Assembly (NCBI GenBank): GCA_019058245.1
Contig: JAHPZJ010000013.1
Location: forward strand, 361,166-425,165
DNA length: 64,000 bases
From: Promethearchaeota archaeon
Lineage (GTDB): Archaea > Asgardarchaeota > Lokiarchaeia > Sigyniarchaeales > SOKP01
Reading direction: 5' to 3'
In this document: positions 61,857 to 64,000 of the stretch, one piece after another
Layout of the letters: each line of letters starts with the position of its first letter
Position numbering within the stretch: position 1 is the first letter of the stretch
The notes under the pieces: model-generated
What the model was told of the DNA's origin: nothing
Databases searched by the model: none
Seen by the model: the letters and a program-made list of their open reading frames with translations, nothing else
Program-made: the position numbers and the translations under genes

Positions 61857-62621
61857 TTATAAAAGATCTAGAATATTCTGCACATCAAAGCCATAGGTTA
61901 ATAATTGGATTAATAAACCAATTAAACCAGCAGCAATTGCTGCAGCTAATGCCCAAAAACTCCAAGTAGGCCAAGGTTTGTTTTGAAAATTATATCCCAT
62001 TTTAAATTGTTCATATAGAACTAAAACACCCCATACAATTAGAGCTATATCAAAAGCCCATGTGGAAATTTCATGTAATTCAGGGGGGTAATTTTTTAAC
62101 CAGCCAGCACGTGAACCAATCATCAAAAGATCTATCTCCTGGGGTGCACGCACGACTAAAAATAAAAATCCTATATGGATAATAAATAACCACGCAAACA
62201 CCAATAAATGCATATTAAGCCATGTCCATGTACGTTTTTGCAACTTGTCTTGGAGCAGAAATTTACCTCGTTTTCGTTCAAAAGTAACAACAATTCCAAA
62301 CAAAACTAAGAGAATAAATACGATGATTACAATTACAAACGGATTTACCGATCCTGATGCTAGAATAGGAAGTAGAAAAGACTGAACTAATGCGATTGAG
62401 CGAGGGATAGGGCTTTTTTGATACCATGCTAATCCTACAGTAAGAAAAATCAAACTATACGCCCAATTATGGATGTATAAAGGTTTTCCTTGAAGAAAAT
62501 CAAGACTGAATGGCATAATATACCAAATGAAATAGATTAATCCTAATGCAATTAACCCTAGACCAGGTCCAACAAGTTTATTATGTTTAATTTCTTCAAG
62601 TTTTTCTTTTTCTTCTTTCAT
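61857..62621 (-). CDS. Multi-pass membrane protein of unknown function
   Basis: About 7 hydrophobic helices with polar intramembrane residues (HNW, H, HE). Confidence 0.75.
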   Translation of the reverse strand: MKEEKEKLEEIKHNKLVGPGLGLIALGLIYFIWYIMPFSLDFLQGKPLYIHNWAYSLIFLTVGLAWYQKSPIPRSIALVQSFLLPILASGSVNPFVIVIIVFILLVLFGIVVTFERKRGKFLLQDKLQKRTWTWLNMHLLVFAWLFIIHIGFLFLVVRAPQEIDLLMIGSRAGWLKNYPPELHEISTWAFDIALIVWGVLVLYEQFKMGYNFQNKPWPTWSFWALAAAIAAGLIGLLIQLLTYGFDVQNILDLL

Positions 62622-62743
62622 TTTAATTCACAATTTTAATTTTTTAATCATTACTTAGTTGATAAATCATAATTAGATTACAAGATATTTAGTAATTTAG
62701 TTTTTAAAATAAAAATCAAGCTTCATATAATCACTCATACTAT

Positions 62744-63559
62744 TTAATATCGTGGATTTTCTTTATATCTATTAAATAAAACTTTTAATCGATCTTGAGG
62801 CATTCCAAGACGCCATAGTAACGACATTAGTATCCATTTCCAAATAGTTCTGAAGATTCCATATTTTTCAAATCGACGAGTGGAATTATATATCCCGATG
62901 CGGTAGATACATGCAATCCCTTTACCTCCACGCCAATTACTTATACTTTTAGGCAATACTCTTTTTGCAAACTTCATTAGACGTCGACCAAAATCGAAAC
63001 CTTCACAAATCCACATTGGTGCGAATCCATTTAGAGCTTCAAAAACCCATTTCCTTACAAATATAGCATTATCTGCGGGATATGCTTTAAAAGTTTGAAA
63101 TAGTATGTTTCCAACCCAACCAAATGTGTAAACTGCCGTTCGCATAAAGCTATTTGGATTTGAATTATTATCCCATTTCCATTTCTTTGTAAAAGCTCCA
63201 CCAAGTATTAAAGGATTTCTAAGACGGCCAAAGAGCAAAAATAACGTACCAGGTCGAAGTTTTATATCTGCATGAAGAAATAAGAGAATATCAGATTTTG
63301 CAATCTCACCACCAAGATTTGATTGTAGTACTCTTCCTCGAGGAGACTCAATTACGATATCTGCTAACTTTCTCGCGATTTCTTTTGTATTATCAGTAGA
63401 TCCCCCATCACTTACAATAATTTCAATAGGAATGGAAAGACCAGAAGGAAATAGAGCAGCTCTTTTAACTGAAGCAATTGTATCAGCTATATAATTAGCT
63501 TCATTAAGAGTAATAATTATTATACTAATCTTTGGTGAAGTCTTGAACTGAATAGTTAT
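62744..63559 (-). CDS. GT2 glycosyltransferase (TIGR04283-like), probable ATA start
   Basis: The frame stays open 107 codons upstream of the track's TTG and encodes KISIIIITLNEA...IIVSDGGSTDNT...RGR.LQ.N.G...LLFLHAD; downstream are AIFVRK..F..L.GF and STRRF.K.G. Confidence 0.8.
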   Translation of the reverse strand: MTIQFKTSPKISIIIITLNEANYIADTIASVKRAALFPSGLSIPIEIIVSDGGSTDNTKEIARKLADIVIESPRGRVLQSNLGGEIAKSDILLFLHADIKLRPGTLFLLFGRLRNPLILGGAFTKKWKWDNNSNPNSFMRTAVYTFGWVGNILFQTFKAYPADNAIFVRKWVFEALNGFAPMWICEGFDFGRRLMKFAKRVLPKSISNWRGGKGIACIYRIGIYNSTRRFEKYGIFRTIWKWILMSLLWRLGMPQDRLKVLFNRYKENPRY

Positions 63560-63570
63560 AAAGATCCTCC

Positions 63571-64000
63571 CTAATCTGGTAATTCGAAACTAATTTTATT
63601 TGATAATTTAGAATTCTTAAGGTCATCGAGTACATCAATATCGGAAAGAGTTGGTAATAGAAAATATTTTATACCAAGCTTATTAATATCTGCTATAGTA
63701 TCAGAAAATACGGAGGATGTACTCCACTTTTTATTTATAAACAATTCTTGATGTATTTCTTTAAGTCCCATCAAATAGTATCCTCCATCTTTTGCTGGTC
63801 CCAGTACAACATCATAATTTAGTAGTTGGTCAAATGCTTCATTAATAATCCTAGCAGTTAATTCCAAACAATCGCTTCCTATTATTACAGCTTTACGGTA
63901 TCGTTGTAGCGTGATCCTAAAGGCTTGCAGCATCTTTTCTCCAAAATCAGAACCTTTTTGTAAAAATTTTATAAAGAATTCTTTTTCCCAAAGATCATTC
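63571..64000 (-). CDS. DUF2064/TIGR04282-like (CofC-fold) transferase, 3' part; 5' end outside the window
   Basis: Frame open to the window end: QKGSDFGEKM..AF; VIIGSDC; VVLGPAKDGGYYLMG; L.DID..DD. Confidence 0.85.
   Translation of the reverse strand, partial: NDLWEKEFFIKFLQKGSDFGEKMLQAFRITLQRYRKAVIIGSDCLELTARIINEAFDQLLNYDVVLGPAKDGGYYLMGLKEIHQELFINKKWSTSSVFSDTIADINKLGIKYFLLPTLSDIDVLDDLKNSKLSNKISFELPD

Noticed and set aside
1-64000. CRISPR array, IS/transposase, integrase, rRNA
   Set aside because: No regularly spaced repeats, transposase or recombinase motifs, or rRNA-like GC-rich blocks were seen on manual reading.

Overview
A very AT-rich archaeal window whose gene content points to an Asgard archaeon of the Lokiarchaeia type (inference). 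The supporting signs are a methanogen-type hdrCBA operon, a Fae (H4MPT) domain, an 8-PAS histidine kinase, an IPGF-type C-terminal sorting signal, T-tract terminators and many GTG/TTG starts. From left to right it contains: a partial wHTH regulator; two paralogous acidic surface proteins; an atypical tRNA-Cys with a long variable arm; a tRNA-thiolation enzyme; the PAS kinase; hdrCBA; a methyltransferase/GNAT/radical-SAM cluster; a 31-aa Asp/Trp peptide missed by the ORF track; and a bcp-nitroreductase-yyaL gene string interrupted by a ~3 kb two-gene island. The island encodes a tandem winged-helix protein and a wHTH-HEPN/Abi_C-like protein, and it is bounded by a decayed duplicate of the yyaL 5' end. 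It is my best candidate for an undescribed defence system. Further right are an aldolase-Fae fusion with an unknown partner, a peptide ABC importer whose two ATPases carry N-terminal membrane domains, three tandem glycyl-radical enzymes with their activase, several redox genes including a DmsB split by a GltD-like flavoprotein, and a TIGR04282/04283-like glycosyltransferase pair, one of which apparently starts at ATA. All family calls come from motif recognition; no searches were run.
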